From contig PFJN01000016.1 of NCBI GenBank assembly GCA_002783105.1, positions 15,034 to 79,033 of the forward strand: DNA of 64,000 bases. The letters run 5' to 3'. The DNA is from Candidatus Pacebacteria bacterium CG_4_10_14_3_um_filter_34_15 (lineage in GTDB: Bacteria; Patescibacteriota; Microgenomatia; UBA1400; PJMF01). Made by a program: the position numbers and the translations under genes. A model generated the notes under the pieces. That model ran no database searches, had not been told where the DNA came from, and saw only the letters and a program-made list of their open reading frames with translations. Shown here piece after piece: positions 49,206-58,688 of this stretch (position 1 is the first letter of the stretch; every line of letters begins with the position of its first letter).

Positions 49206-50189
49206 TTAATGGATTTTCTTAGCGCCAAAGATCTCTCGAATCACAACTTCTATTGGAACTTCTTCAATATTCAAATCATTAACTTTAAATTGATTTAAAA
49301 TTTTAGAAGCTATCTTAGTTGCTTCTTTGCGAGGCACTATCAAAGTTGCTTGGTTATTTTTGAATGATTTTACAGTTCCAAATTGTTCGAGATCATTTTT
49401 TGTTATTGAGTTTTCAAGTGTCAGTGAAAGAATTTTATTTCGAGCATATTTATTAATAATGTCAGCTAATTTGCCATCATAAACTTTATGACCTTTATCG
49501 ATAATTATTACTCTTTCACAAAGCTCTTTGACATCGCCCATGTAGTGGCTAGTTAAAATGATTGTTGCTCCAAATTCTTTATTGTAAGTTTTAATGAAAT
49601 CTCTTAAGGTTTTTTGCATGACGACGTCTAAACCAATAGTTGGTTCATCTAAAAATAAAACTTTTGGATTGTGAAGCAAGGCCGCAATAATCTCACACTT
49701 CATTCTTTGACCTAGCGACAGTTTTCTAACCTGAATTCTTAAAATATCTTCAACATCTAAAATTTTTGATAGCTTTGCTAATGTTTCATCAAAAATTTTA
49801 TCCGGAATTTCGTAAATTGCTTTATTTAGGTGAAAGGATTCAATTGCTGGTAAATCCCACCAAAGTTGGTTCTTTTGTCCCATGACCAAGGCAAATTGTT
49901 TTTGAAATTCAGGTTTTCTATCCCATGGATTAAATTCTAAAACAGTAGTTTTTCCATCTGTTGGGTATAAAAGACCAGAGAGCATTTTTAGTGTGGTGGT
50001 TTTTCCAGCCCCATTTTGACCGATAAAACCGACAATCTCACCTTCGGCAATTTCAAAACTAACATCATCAACTGCTTTTACAGTTTCATAACTTCTTTTC
50101 CAAAGAGATTTAATGGAGCCCCAAAGTCCAGGTTCTTTTTTATAGACTTTGAAATATTTTTTTAGATTGCTGACTTTAATAGTGATCAT
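49206..50189 (-). CDS. ABC transporter ATP-binding protein
   Basis: It has Walker A GQNGAGKTT, an LSLGQRMK ABC signature variant, and Walker B LFLDEPTIGLD. Confidence 0.85.
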   Translation of the reverse strand: MITIKVSNLKKYFKVYKKEPGLWGSIKSLWKRSYETVKAVDDVSFEIAEGEIVGFIGQNGAGKTTTLKMLSGLLYPTDGKTTVLEFNPWDRKPEFQKQFALVMGQKNQLWWDLPAIESFHLNKAIYEIPDKIFDETLAKLSKILDVEDILRIQVRKLSLGQRMKCEIIAALLHNPKVLFLDEPTIGLDVVMQKTLRDFIKTYNKEFGATIILTSHYMGDVKELCERVIIIDKGHKVYDGKLADIINKYARNKILSLTLENSITKNDLEQFGTVKSFKNNQATLIVPRKEATKIASKILNQFKVNDLNIEEVPIEVVIREIFGAKKIH

Positions 50190-50221
50190 TTATGCCTTTC
50201 AAGCTATCTTTTTATTATACC

Positions 50222-51010
50222 TTAATTTCCAACACTTGAGTATTTTTTAATTGAAAATTTATAAAATAAAATTGTTAAATATGCAAAAACAGAGGTGAAC
50301 ATAAAAAAATAAAAAATATCAAAGATATTATTTCTGTTTAAAAGTATTTCACTGGGTAAAGTTGTAACTAATCCTAGTGGAAAAATAAAGGTAATTATAA
50401 ATCCTGTTAATCCCGTGTAAATTCTCGCTGGCATTTGATAGACACTTCTAAACCCAGGCATTATTTCATTAATATTGTTTAATTTTTCTGCCCAAAAAGT
50501 CAGTGTGGCCAGAAGGAACCAGCCACTATATATAAATATTATAGAAATTATAAAAACCAATGTGGCTAAAAGTATTTGATAAATTGTAACTTCAATTTGC
50601 ATTTTGATTGCAGTACTAATTAAAACTATAAGGCCGATAAAAAATCTTGGAACATTATGATAGGTTGCTTCTTGAGTTAAAATTATAAAAATATTGTTAA
50701 CTGGTAAGAGCAAAAGATTACTTAAGCTACCTTGATAAATTGATTCGGTGTAGTTAACCATATTTGGATAGAATACTGACCAAGTAAAAGCGTCCAGCAT
50801 GGTAAAAAATGAAAGTAAAATGAGAACTTCATCGTAACTCCATCCAGCTATAGTTTTACTATTGCCAATGATCAAGTAATAAAAAAAATAATTGAAAGCA
50901 GTCCACATGGTTGAAACTATTAGCCAGAAGAAAAAATCACCCCGGTACTCCATCATTTTCATGAGTTGAATTTTTCTGAATTTCCAAAATAAATTCCAAT
51001 ATTTTTTCAT
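50222..51010 (-). CDS. ABC-2 family transporter permease (paralog 2 of 4)
   Basis: It is 262 aa, multi-TM, and carries QGSLSNLLLLPVNNIF. Confidence 0.7.
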   Translation of the reverse strand: MKKYWNLFWKFRKIQLMKMMEYRGDFFFWLIVSTMWTAFNYFFYYLIIGNSKTIAGWSYDEVLILLSFFTMLDAFTWSVFYPNMVNYTESIYQGSLSNLLLLPVNNIFIILTQEATYHNVPRFFIGLIVLISTAIKMQIEVTIYQILLATLVFIISIIFIYSGWFLLATLTFWAEKLNNINEIMPGFRSVYQMPARIYTGLTGFIITFIFPLGLVTTLPSEILLNRNNIFDIFYFFMFTSVFAYLTILFYKFSIKKYSSVGN

Positions 51011-51018
51011 TATTTATA

Positions 51019-51819
51019 TTATCCTCCGGCTGAGGAATATTTATACCTCGCTTTTTTCCATAAAAAATTACTAAATAAAAACATGATTGCCAAAGTAGAT
51101 GAAATAAAAATATAATCATAAGTTTGTAGCTTCATTTTCCCTTGGATAATTTGTATAGGAACATAACTTAGATATTTAAATGGCAAAAAACTAAAAATAT
51201 TTTGTAACCAAACTGGCATAAATTCAAATGGTATTGTTGAACCGCTAAATAAAGAAATAAGAATCCATTTAAAATGTTCGAGACCGCTAGATCCTTCGAA
51301 CCAAAATGTCAGTAGCACAATCCAAAGCGCAATCATTATTTGAATAGCATATGCAGCTGCTAGTAATCCTAAAAACATAAATAAATTGTTTAACTCCAAA
51401 ATAATTTTAGAAACATGGAATAGTTTTAAAGAAAATATATAAAAAAGAGTTAGGATTGGAATAGAGATTATCAAGTTGACAATTTTCCCGCCCAATTCTC
51501 TTGAAATTATTTCGTGGATGTAGGAAAACGGTCTAGTTAAAAAATAATCAATTTTACCCATTCTAATCTCTTGGGAGCGCCAGCCTTCAAAGTAAGTTGC
51601 GGTGATTCTTTGAATAAAAACTACTAATATGTAGTATTGAACGATATCTGAAAAAGAATAATTATTAATGCTTTCTTGACCTGAATAAACTGCGCCCCAT
51701 AAAAAGAATAAGACGAAGAATGGAATGACGTCTAAGAATGCATAGATTGCAATTTCTTCTCTAAATTGTAATGTTTTAATAAACATGAATTTAAAGATTA
51801 GATAATATTTCTTTAGCAT
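51019..51819 (-). CDS. ABC-2 family transporter permease (paralog 1 of 4)
   Basis: It is 266 aa, multi-TM, and carries EIRMGKIDYFLTRPFSYIHEI. Confidence 0.7.
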   Translation of the reverse strand: MLKKYYLIFKFMFIKTLQFREEIAIYAFLDVIPFFVLFFLWGAVYSGQESINNYSFSDIVQYYILVVFIQRITATYFEGWRSQEIRMGKIDYFLTRPFSYIHEIISRELGGKIVNLIISIPILTLFYIFSLKLFHVSKIILELNNLFMFLGLLAAAYAIQIMIALWIVLLTFWFEGSSGLEHFKWILISLFSGSTIPFEFMPVWLQNIFSFLPFKYLSYVPIQIIQGKMKLQTYDYIFISSTLAIMFLFSNFLWKKARYKYSSAGG

Positions 51820-51895
51820 GTTGCTATTTTAGCACCTCTGGGACGATCTACCCAATAAGAGTTTAGGTTCTATGATTAGGAGACTGTTCATTATC

Positions 51896-51924
51896 AAAAA
51901 CCCCCGCTCGAGCGGGGGTTTAAT
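51896..51924 (-). terminator. rho-independent terminator downstream of the HU gene
   Basis: A perfect palindrome, cccccgctcgagcggggg at 51901-51918, is flanked by an A-run on + (51896-51900). On the minus strand this reads as a stem followed by TTTTT. Confidence 0.75.
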
Positions 51925-51959
51925 ACTTTTATTTTAAATCTACCAAGTAGCTTTTTAGT

Positions 51960-52235
51960 TTACCAAACTTGTTTCTTTAATGGTTTGCCAACTCTGAAGT
52001 TAACAACTTTATGACCTTTGATTGTCTGTCTTTTAGATTCATTACCAAAAGGGACTACTTGTTTGTCTCCAACTTTGCTAACATAAAATGTTCCGAATCC
52101 TGAAATAACTACTTTTTCACCTTTATTAAGTGAACGGATGACTTCTTCAAACAGTGCTTCGATAGCATCTGAAGAAGCTTTTTTTGTTAAGTGAGCTTTT
52201 TTTGCAATAACAGCAACCAATTGTGATTTAGTCAT
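51960..52235 (-). CDS. HU/IHF-family DNA-binding protein
   Basis: It is 91 aa and contains ..GEKVVISGFGTFYVSKV..RQTIKGHKVVNFRVGKPLK. Confidence 0.85.
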   Translation of the reverse strand: MTKSQLVAVIAKKAHLTKKASSDAIEALFEEVIRSLNKGEKVVISGFGTFYVSKVGDKQVVPFGNESKRQTIKGHKVVNFRVGKPLKKQVW

Positions 52236-52338
52236 TTTTATTCCCTTTTAATAATTATTAATTAGCCTCATATAGAGCGACTTAGATCAATCATTATCAC
52301 TTATTTTCTTCAGCTGTCAATCTTCAAAATGTTGCAAA

Positions 52339-52713
52339 TTAAATAAAATTATATCTTCTTAAGAACGCAACACTGACTCCGAGCATGTCATAACCGATGT
52401 CTCTTAAGGTAGCATACCTCCCAGGAACCAGTGATTGATGGAATTCATCACTCACGGCATAAAGCAGGCAAATTAAAATCGGAACGTAAAGATGTTTTGT
52501 TGACGTTTCTAAGTTTGTAGTTTGGTCTACAGCCCTTTTTAAAAGTAAATAAAGGATAAAATAGACAAAGAGATGAGCAGCTTTTTTAAAAATAAAGTCA
52601 AAACCTGATTCTTGAAAGCCGGCAATTACACTTTGAGATGATAAGATAAAGATAAAGGTTGCCCAGAGAATAGGTGGTAGATAAGCGTTCAATATTTTGT
52701 TAAATTTTTTCAT
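52339..52713 (-). CDS. VanZ-like family membrane protein
   Basis: It is 124 aa with 3-4 TM helices and a VanZ-like pattern (..ILWATFIFILSSQS..KAAHLFVYFILYLLL..). Confidence 0.5.
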   Translation of the reverse strand: MKKFNKILNAYLPPILWATFIFILSSQSVIAGFQESGFDFIFKKAAHLFVYFILYLLLKRAVDQTTNLETSTKHLYVPILICLLYAVSDEFHQSLVPGRYATLRDIGYDMLGVSVAFLRRYNFI

Positions 52714-53867
52714 TTGATAAAGAATAATCCAGAACTTGCTAGCATTGCACCTCCAATTATAACACTGATTATGGCTATTTTTGGCAAACTATTGTCTTTA
52801 ACCACCACTTGTTTTGAGATGTAATTATCTGTTTTGGCCGTAGAAGATTTATCAGCATTACTGACCGAAAGTAATCCATTTATTCTTTTTAAATTTGAAA
52901 TTTTTTGGGCTGATGTACTATCTGTAATAGTTTGTTTTTTATCAACATCGAGTTTATCTTCTGGAAATAACTGTGTTGTTGAAGTTATTTTTTGTTGAGA
53001 ACTGTTACTTTCATTTGAAGTATCTATTGAAGAAATTGGGACCCCAATTGAGCACTGTCCAAAATTTAGAGTGTCTATTATATTTTTATTAGGATCAAGT
53101 AGAGTTATTGTATCACCAGAATTATTTAGAATACTATTTTTTAGATAAATGGTTATAAAAGATATACCTGGTATTTCTTTATTTGAACTAAGAAGCATTT
53201 GGTTATTTGCAGAATCTTTTAGCAACCAATTATCGAGATTTACAGCTTCATTATTTGGATTCTTTACCTTAACCCATTCCTGGTTGTTTTCTTCTGGACA
53301 TGACATGATCTCGTGTATTTTAAGCGAAGGATATTCCATTAAGGTCTCTTGGCTAATTTCTTGTGTATCTTCTATTACTATTTCTGTTTCGTTATCTTCA
53401 GTGTTAGTCGGTAGAGGATTTGGAAGTCCCTTGCTTGGAACTGATAATGCAATTAACTTTTGATTATTTTCTGTAATTAACGAAAAACTCTTTCCTTGTT
53501 CAGAGCTCGAATATTCAAACTGATCAATGGTTTCGCCAAGGCTATTTATTAATAATACGCCATCAGCTGTGTTATTGAGTTTATTGTTCTCAATTTCAAT
53601 TACTAAATAAGTGAGCGGTTTCATTTCCAATTTATCGTCAAGAATTTGATTAAATTGGAAAATAATTGATGGGGCACTGAGTTTGTCCATCAAAATCCAA
53701 CCTGATAGATCAATAATTTCTGAAGAATCATTATAAATTTCTACCCACTCTTTTTCTTCTGCATTAGGTTTTGGATAAATCTCATTTATTATTGGAGAAG
53801 CAAAAACTGGTTTAGTAAAAAATATGGTGGTAAAAATAAATAAGATGACACAGAAAATTATCTTCAT
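52710..53867 (-). CDS. secreted protein with two lamin-tail domains (LTD) and C-terminal TM anchor
   Basis: A signal peptide precedes two LTD motifs, INEIYPKPNAEEKEWVEIYNDSSEIIDLSGWIL and IHEIMSCPEENNQEWVKVKN..NLDNWLL. The C-terminus has a hydrophobic anchor, IAIISVIIGGAMLASSGLFFIK. Confidence 0.65.
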   Translation of the reverse strand: MKIIFCVILFIFTTIFFTKPVFASPIINEIYPKPNAEEKEWVEIYNDSSEIIDLSGWILMDKLSAPSIIFQFNQILDDKLEMKPLTYLVIEIENNKLNNTADGVLLINSLGETIDQFEYSSSEQGKSFSLITENNQKLIALSVPSKGLPNPLPTNTEDNETEIVIEDTQEISQETLMEYPSLKIHEIMSCPEENNQEWVKVKNPNNEAVNLDNWLLKDSANNQMLLSSNKEIPGISFITIYLKNSILNNSGDTITLLDPNKNIIDTLNFGQCSIGVPISSIDTSNESNSSQQKITSTTQLFPEDKLDVDKKQTITDSTSAQKISNLKRINGLLSVSNADKSSTAKTDNYISKQVVVKDNSLPKIAIISVIIGGAMLASSGLFFIK

Positions 53868-53922
53868 TAGAATAATACTTTAAAGTATTATTCTTGTGTA
53901 AAATGTAGAGTTATGTGACTTT

Positions 53923-55176
53923 CTAATAAATAGTCAATCGGTCAACTGCAGTAATATTTGAAAGTGAGTGTTTGTCTGTAAATGGAATGTTATTGCCATC
54001 TGTTTCAAGAGGGTCTTTCATAATATATTTATCATTTTCTTTTTTGGTTATAACTATAAAATGATCTCCTGAACTACTTTGAGCTTTGATTCTAACAATA
54101 ACTGGTTTTCCAGAAGAGAGTTCTGAATCCAAGCAAGAGGTGTCGTAGCAAATTCTTTCTCTTAACACGCTGACTCCATTAAGTGACCAAGTATAGCCTC
54201 TAATCATATCAGCTGAGTATGGAACGAAAGGTGTTGCGCTGCCTGCAATTTGATTTGGACTGAGGGTCTTACCATAATGTGAGGTGATCATTGCTGTTGA
54301 AGTTACTAAGCATCCAACATATTTCATTGTCATGCCACTATTGCCAATTATTTGATTAGCCCAGGCGCTATCTCTTTGATTATAATAACAGCCCCAATCA
54401 TCACATTTTGTCATATTAGATAGTAATGAAATGTCTTTATTTGCGGTGTATCTTTTTATTGCATCAACTTGTTCTTTAGCTTCTTTCAACAATTTTTGAA
54501 ATTTCTGCTCATCATTTTGAGTAGCGGTAAGTAAATTTTTCTTTTCTTCCCTTTGAGCAACTAGATTATTTTGTTCAAGTTGTAATTGATATCTTTTAGT
54601 TTCAATTTCATCTTGTTTGATTGTTTTGATATCTTTCTGTTCATCATAAAAAACTTTTTGAGTTTGAGCTTTTTGCATGGCATCCGCTGTTTGTTTTCCA
54701 GCAAGACTTAAATATCGATGTTGATTAATAAATTTTGAAAGAGAGTTAGAAGTGAGCAGAATTTCTAAAGGATTTGACTGTTTTTGTTTATATTGAGTTC
54801 TAATTCTATCTACCAGCAGCGTGGCTAGTCGGTCAAGTGAAATGCTCAATCCAGAGATTCTGTCACCTAATGCCTCAATTTCTTTTTCAAGTTTGCTTAT
54901 TTCAGCTTCCCTTTGCTGAATTTGTAACTCTTGAATATTTATATTGCCATTGAAAACACTAATTGTACTGTTGAGCGTTGTTTTTTCGTTACTAATTTCT
55001 CCTAATCGATTTTCAATACAATTAATTTTTTTTTGCAGACATGAGTCGTAATCTGAACTGGTACTATCACAAGTAAAATCTTTTTCACAATCCTGAGCAT
55101 TGACTACATTCACAACTAATCCAAAGAATATATAAATGAGAAAAAGTACGACTGATAAATGTATTTTCTTGATCAT
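53923..55176 (-). CDS. secreted coiled-coil protein with C-terminal papain-like cysteine peptidase (C39-like/CHAP-like) domain; PcsB/CwlO-like putative peptidoglycan hydrolase
   Basis: A signal peptide precedes about 200 aa of heptad-rich coiled coil (..EISKLEKEIEALGDRISGLSISLDRL..). The C-domain has a catalytic-type Cys (GNSGMTMKYVGCLVTSTAM) and His (SGDHFIVI). It lies directly downstream of ftsEX. Confidence 0.6.
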   Translation of the reverse strand: MIKKIHLSVVLFLIYIFFGLVVNVVNAQDCEKDFTCDSTSSDYDSCLQKKINCIENRLGEISNEKTTLNSTISVFNGNINIQELQIQQREAEISKLEKEIEALGDRISGLSISLDRLATLLVDRIRTQYKQKQSNPLEILLTSNSLSKFINQHRYLSLAGKQTADAMQKAQTQKVFYDEQKDIKTIKQDEIETKRYQLQLEQNNLVAQREEKKNLLTATQNDEQKFQKLLKEAKEQVDAIKRYTANKDISLLSNMTKCDDWGCYYNQRDSAWANQIIGNSGMTMKYVGCLVTSTAMITSHYGKTLSPNQIAGSATPFVPYSADMIRGYTWSLNGVSVLRERICYDTSCLDSELSSGKPVIVRIKAQSSSGDHFIVITKKENDKYIMKDPLETDGNNIPFTDKHSLSNITAVDRLTIY

Positions 55177-55227
55177 AGTAAACTCAATAAACTAGTTAAA
55201 CGGTGATGTCAGCACGAGCCTATCGAG

Positions 55228-56097
55228 TTAATTTCTTATTAATCTTTGAATTGCAACTAAACTTGCATATCCTCCAAGGAAAACTCCAGAAAGTATGCCT
55301 ATAGTGCCATGAATAATATAGAATTCTATAGGAATTGGAAGAAGTTTAATTTCGCCTAATACTTCATTAATAGAGGGAGTTAAGTAAAGTAATATTGAAA
55401 AAGTAACCAACCAACCAATCGTAGCGCCCACGAGTCCATAGATCATTCCTTCATACATGAACGGAATTTTTATATATCCTTTAGTTGCTCCAAGTATTCT
55501 CATTACTGTAATAGATTTTTTCTGAGCTGTAGCTTTCATTGCGATCACTATCATGATTATTAGAAAAGAAATTAAGGCTAAGATTGAAGTTGCTGAGATT
55601 CCAATAATTTCAGCTGTATTAATCCATTTTGAAAGAATGGAAACTACATCTTCTTGAAAAACTACGTCTTCCACTTGATTGAATTCATCAAAATCATTTT
55701 TTATATTAATAAGTGATTCAATGTTTCGTCCAGAGACTTCAATGCTTGCTGGCAAAATATCAGCAGTAACTAACTCGAGTAGGAGCGGATCATTTTTGTT
55801 TTCTTCTTGGTAGAGTTTTAGAGCGTCGTCTTGGGTAATTATTTTTGCTGACTCTACGTAAGGTTTTGCTCTAATCTTTTCTGCGGTTTTTTCAATATCA
55901 GTAATTGGAGTTTCTAGTTCGAAAAAAGCAATTATCTGAGGTCTGGTTTCAAAATGCTGAAGAACTTTACTTGCCCCGATAACAAAAAGTGAAAATGAAA
56001 AACCTACAAAAAATGTTACAGCAACCATGATAATTGAGGTTAAGGCCTGGTATGGAGATCTTCTAATAGTGGTTAGGGCAGTTGCTAGTGAACTCAT
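55228..56097 (-). CDS. ftsX: cell division protein FtsX (ABC permease-like)
   Basis: It is 289 aa with an N-terminal TM helix, an extracytoplasmic loop, three C-terminal TM helices, and is adjacent to ftsE. Confidence 0.8.
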   Translation of the reverse strand: MSSLATALTTIRRSPYQALTSIIMVAVTFFVGFSFSLFVIGASKVLQHFETRPQIIAFFELETPITDIEKTAEKIRAKPYVESAKIITQDDALKLYQEENKNDPLLLELVTADILPASIEVSGRNIESLINIKNDFDEFNQVEDVVFQEDVVSILSKWINTAEIIGISATSILALISFLIIMIVIAMKATAQKKSITVMRILGATKGYIKIPFMYEGMIYGLVGATIGWLVTFSILLYLTPSINEVLGEIKLLPIPIEFYIIHGTIGILSGVFLGGYASLVAIQRLIRN

Positions 56098-56105
56098 ATT
56101 CTTCT

Positions 56106-56918
56106 TTATTTTGTTTTATTCTTTTTATCTGTGTTCTTTAATTTGTAATCTTTCGTTTCTTTTAATTTTGATTTAATTTTTTTCTTATCATCCACATCTG
56201 GTTTTGATTCCACATCTGACTTGGATTTCACATCCGGTTTGGATTCTTTTTTTGGCTTAGTGTCTTTTTTGATTTTGCCTTTTTCGAGTTCAATTTGTCT
56301 AACTCCTTTGAATAACTCCATAATATCATGATCATGAGTTGCTAAGATGATGGTAGTTCCAAAAGAATTTATTTTTTGAAGTAATTTCCCAATTTCAAGA
56401 GCAGTTTCCCTATCTAGATTTCCAGTTGGTTCATCTGCAAAAATAATTGTTGGACCGGTGGATAATGCTCTAGCGATACTAATTCTTTGAGCCTCTCCGC
56501 CAGAAAGTTGTTTTGGAAATAAAAAAGCTTTGTCTGTCAGGGAAATTAGTGTCAAAAGATCAGTTACTCTTTGTTCAATTTCTTCTTGTTTTTTGCCAAT
56601 AATAGAAAGGGGGAGAGCTATATTTTCCCAAATATTTAGCTCTGGGAGCAGTTTGTAATCTTGGAAGATAACGCCAATCTTCCTTTTATGCTCGTGAATT
56701 TGCGATTGTTTGATTTCATTTATATTTTTGTCAGCAAAGAAGATATCACCCGAAGTTGCCAGATGTTCTCTTGTCAATAATTTCATGATGGTGGTTTTTC
56801 CAGATCCAGAAGGACCTGTAAGAAGGACTAATTCGCCATCATCAATGTCAAAAGAAATATCATTAACTGCGTAAGAGTCTGGTGGAAAATATTTGCTGAC
56901 TGAGGTAAATTTAATCAT
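56106..56918 (-). CDS. ftsE: cell division ATP-binding protein FtsE with lysine-rich repetitive C-terminal tail
   Basis: It has Walker A GPSGSGKTT, LSGGEAQR and Walker B IIFADEPTGNLD. The tail reads KPKKESKPDVKSKSDVESKPDVDDKKK. Confidence 0.85.
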   Translation of the reverse strand: MIKFTSVSKYFPPDSYAVNDISFDIDDGELVLLTGPSGSGKTTIMKLLTREHLATSGDIFFADKNINEIKQSQIHEHKRKIGVIFQDYKLLPELNIWENIALPLSIIGKKQEEIEQRVTDLLTLISLTDKAFLFPKQLSGGEAQRISIARALSTGPTIIFADEPTGNLDRETALEIGKLLQKINSFGTTIILATHDHDIMELFKGVRQIELEKGKIKKDTKPKKESKPDVKSKSDVESKPDVDDKKKIKSKLKETKDYKLKNTDKKNKTK

Positions 56919-56973
56919 AATTTAAACCTAGTCTAGCCTGTTTACTAGTGACTTTGCAAGATTGAATTGAGGT

Positions 56974-57549
56974 TTATTCTTCTGCGGGAGACTCTGCGTC
57001 AACTTTTAGTACTTCAACTCTACCAACATCCATTAACCAGCCTGCTTTTTGACCTTTAAAAGTCTCTCCCCATACTTTAATTTCTGTTCCAGCGAGTTGC
57101 GTGAGATCGGTGACTGATGATGTTAAGTAGACTGTTTGGGATTCGCCACCTGGTCTTAAAAGTTTATGAGAACCTTCTCCATCGAGACCACCAACTTCTA
57201 AGTACCCTTCGGCGGAATCTTTAAACGATTCGTCCTTACTTCCAAATGTATCCCCAACATTTAATTTTCCGGCAGTCGGAAGTTCTTGAAGAGCCAGATT
57301 TGATTCGGACGAGTTAGATTTGTTTGCAAAAAGCTTGAAACTTCCAAAACCTGTACCTACACCAGATAGGACTGCAATAATTGTTAAAACTATAAATAAT
57401 CTTGAAGTACTTCTCATTGATATGTCTTTCTCTATGTTAGCTGTTCGAATACTTTCCAATTCAGGAGATTTTTGATTATGCTCTAGAAGCAAATCATCGT
57501 CAACTACGGCTTTGTTCTCGATGTCTTCCATAATGTCAATTTTTTTCAT
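56974..57549 (-). CDS. hypothetical membrane-anchored protein
   Basis: It is 191 aa with a single TM helix (LFIVLTIIAVLSGVGTGFG), an acidic N-terminus, and lies between prfB and ftsE. Confidence 0.4.
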   Translation of the reverse strand: MKKIDIMEDIENKAVVDDDLLLEHNQKSPELESIRTANIEKDISMRSTSRLFIVLTIIAVLSGVGTGFGSFKLFANKSNSSESNLALQELPTAGKLNVGDTFGSKDESFKDSAEGYLEVGGLDGEGSHKLLRPGGESQTVYLTSSVTDLTQLAGTEIKVWGETFKGQKAGWLMDVGRVEVLKVDAESPAEE

Positions 57550-57568
57550 ATATTTAATTATAACTGAT

Positions 57569-58663
57569 TTATAATTTTATTTCTTCTTGAATAAATATGT
57601 CTATATCACCGTCCAAAACAGCCTCCGTGTTTGTAGTTTCTACCTGAGTTCTAGTGTCTTTTACTAATTTGTAAGGGTGCAAAACGTAGTTTCTAATTTG
57701 ACTGCCAAAACTTGCGTTAACATGAACTCCTTTTTCTTTATTTAGCTCGTCTTGAAGTCTTTGGGCTTCTATTTGTGCTAATTTTCTTTTAAGTTTTATA
57801 AGTGCTTTTTCTTTATTTTGAACTTGGCTTCTTTCTTCTCGGCATCTGACTACAATTCCAGTTGGAACATGAGTTAACTCAACTGCGGTATTTACTTTAT
57901 TAACATTCTGCCCGCCAGCTCCACCGGCTCTTGAAAAATTCCAATTTAATTCTGAATCATTTATTTCTATTTCGTCATCGCTTTCGTCTATTAATGGTAA
58001 CGTTTCGACTAATGCAAAAGAAGTTTGTCTAAGATTATCGGCATTAAAGGGACTTTGTCTGACTAATCTATGTGTTCCTTGTTCATTTTTTAAATATCCG
58101 TAGGCATACTGGCTATCAATTTGGAATTCTGCAGATTTTATTCCGGCTTCTTCACCGCGGGATTCTGAAATCAACGTTGCTTTCCAACCTTTTCTTTCAA
58201 AAAATCGTGAATACATTCTTTTGAGCATTGAGGCCCAGTCCATGGCTTCCGTTCCACCTTGACCAGAGTGAACCGATAAAATAGCTCCATAGTTATCATA
58301 TTTACTGTTTAAATATTGTTTTAATTTCAACTCATAAAGTTTTTTTGATAATTTTGAGCAAGTGATACGTAAATCTATTTCAAGATTTTTAACAGTTTCC
58401 GCATCTTTTTCCTCGGCTACTAATTCTTGATACGTTTGTAGTTCAGCATTTAAATTTTTCACTGTTTCGAAATCCTCAATCTCTTCTTTGACAAGCGAGG
58501 TATTTTTCATCACTTTTTTTGCTTCTTTAGACTGCCAGAAGTTAGGTAAAAAAGTTTTTTCTTCTAAATCACTTAGTTCTTTTTTTAGTTTGTTTATATC
58601 GGCTGAAGACAAATAGATATTTGCATTCTCGATAAGTAGCGATGGTTCGTGACTTGAATTCAT
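57569..58663 (-). CDS. prfB: peptide chain release factor 2 (uninterrupted ORF, no programmed frameshift)
   Basis: It has the GGQ motif ([13 protein letters not shown]) and the SPF tripeptide ([10 protein letters not shown]) specific to RF2. It is a continuous 364-aa ORF. Confidence 0.88.
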   Translation of the reverse strand: MNSSHEPSLLIENANIYLSSADINKLKKELSDLEEKTFLPNFWQSKEAKKVMKNTSLVKEEIEDFETVKNLNAELQTYQELVAEEKDAETVKNLEIDLRITCSKLSKKLYELKLKQYLNSKYDNYGAILSVHSGQGGTEAMDWASMLKRMYSRFFERKGWKATLISESRGEEAGIKSAEFQIDSQYAYGYLKNEQGTHRLVRQSPFNADNLRQTSFALVETLPLIDESDDEIEINDSELNWNFSRAGGAGGQNVNKVNTAVELTHVPTGIVVRCREERSQVQNKEKALIKLKRKLAQIEAQRLQDELNKEKGVHVNASFGSQIRNYVLHPYKLVKDTRTQVETTNTEAVLDGDIDIFIQEEIKL

Positions 58664-58688
58664 AGAATGATTTTATCACGAATCTAGT

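Noticed and set aside
57569-58663. Programmed +1 frameshift in prfB
   Set aside because: The ORF is continuous at canonical RF2 length (364 aa), so no frameshift site is needed.
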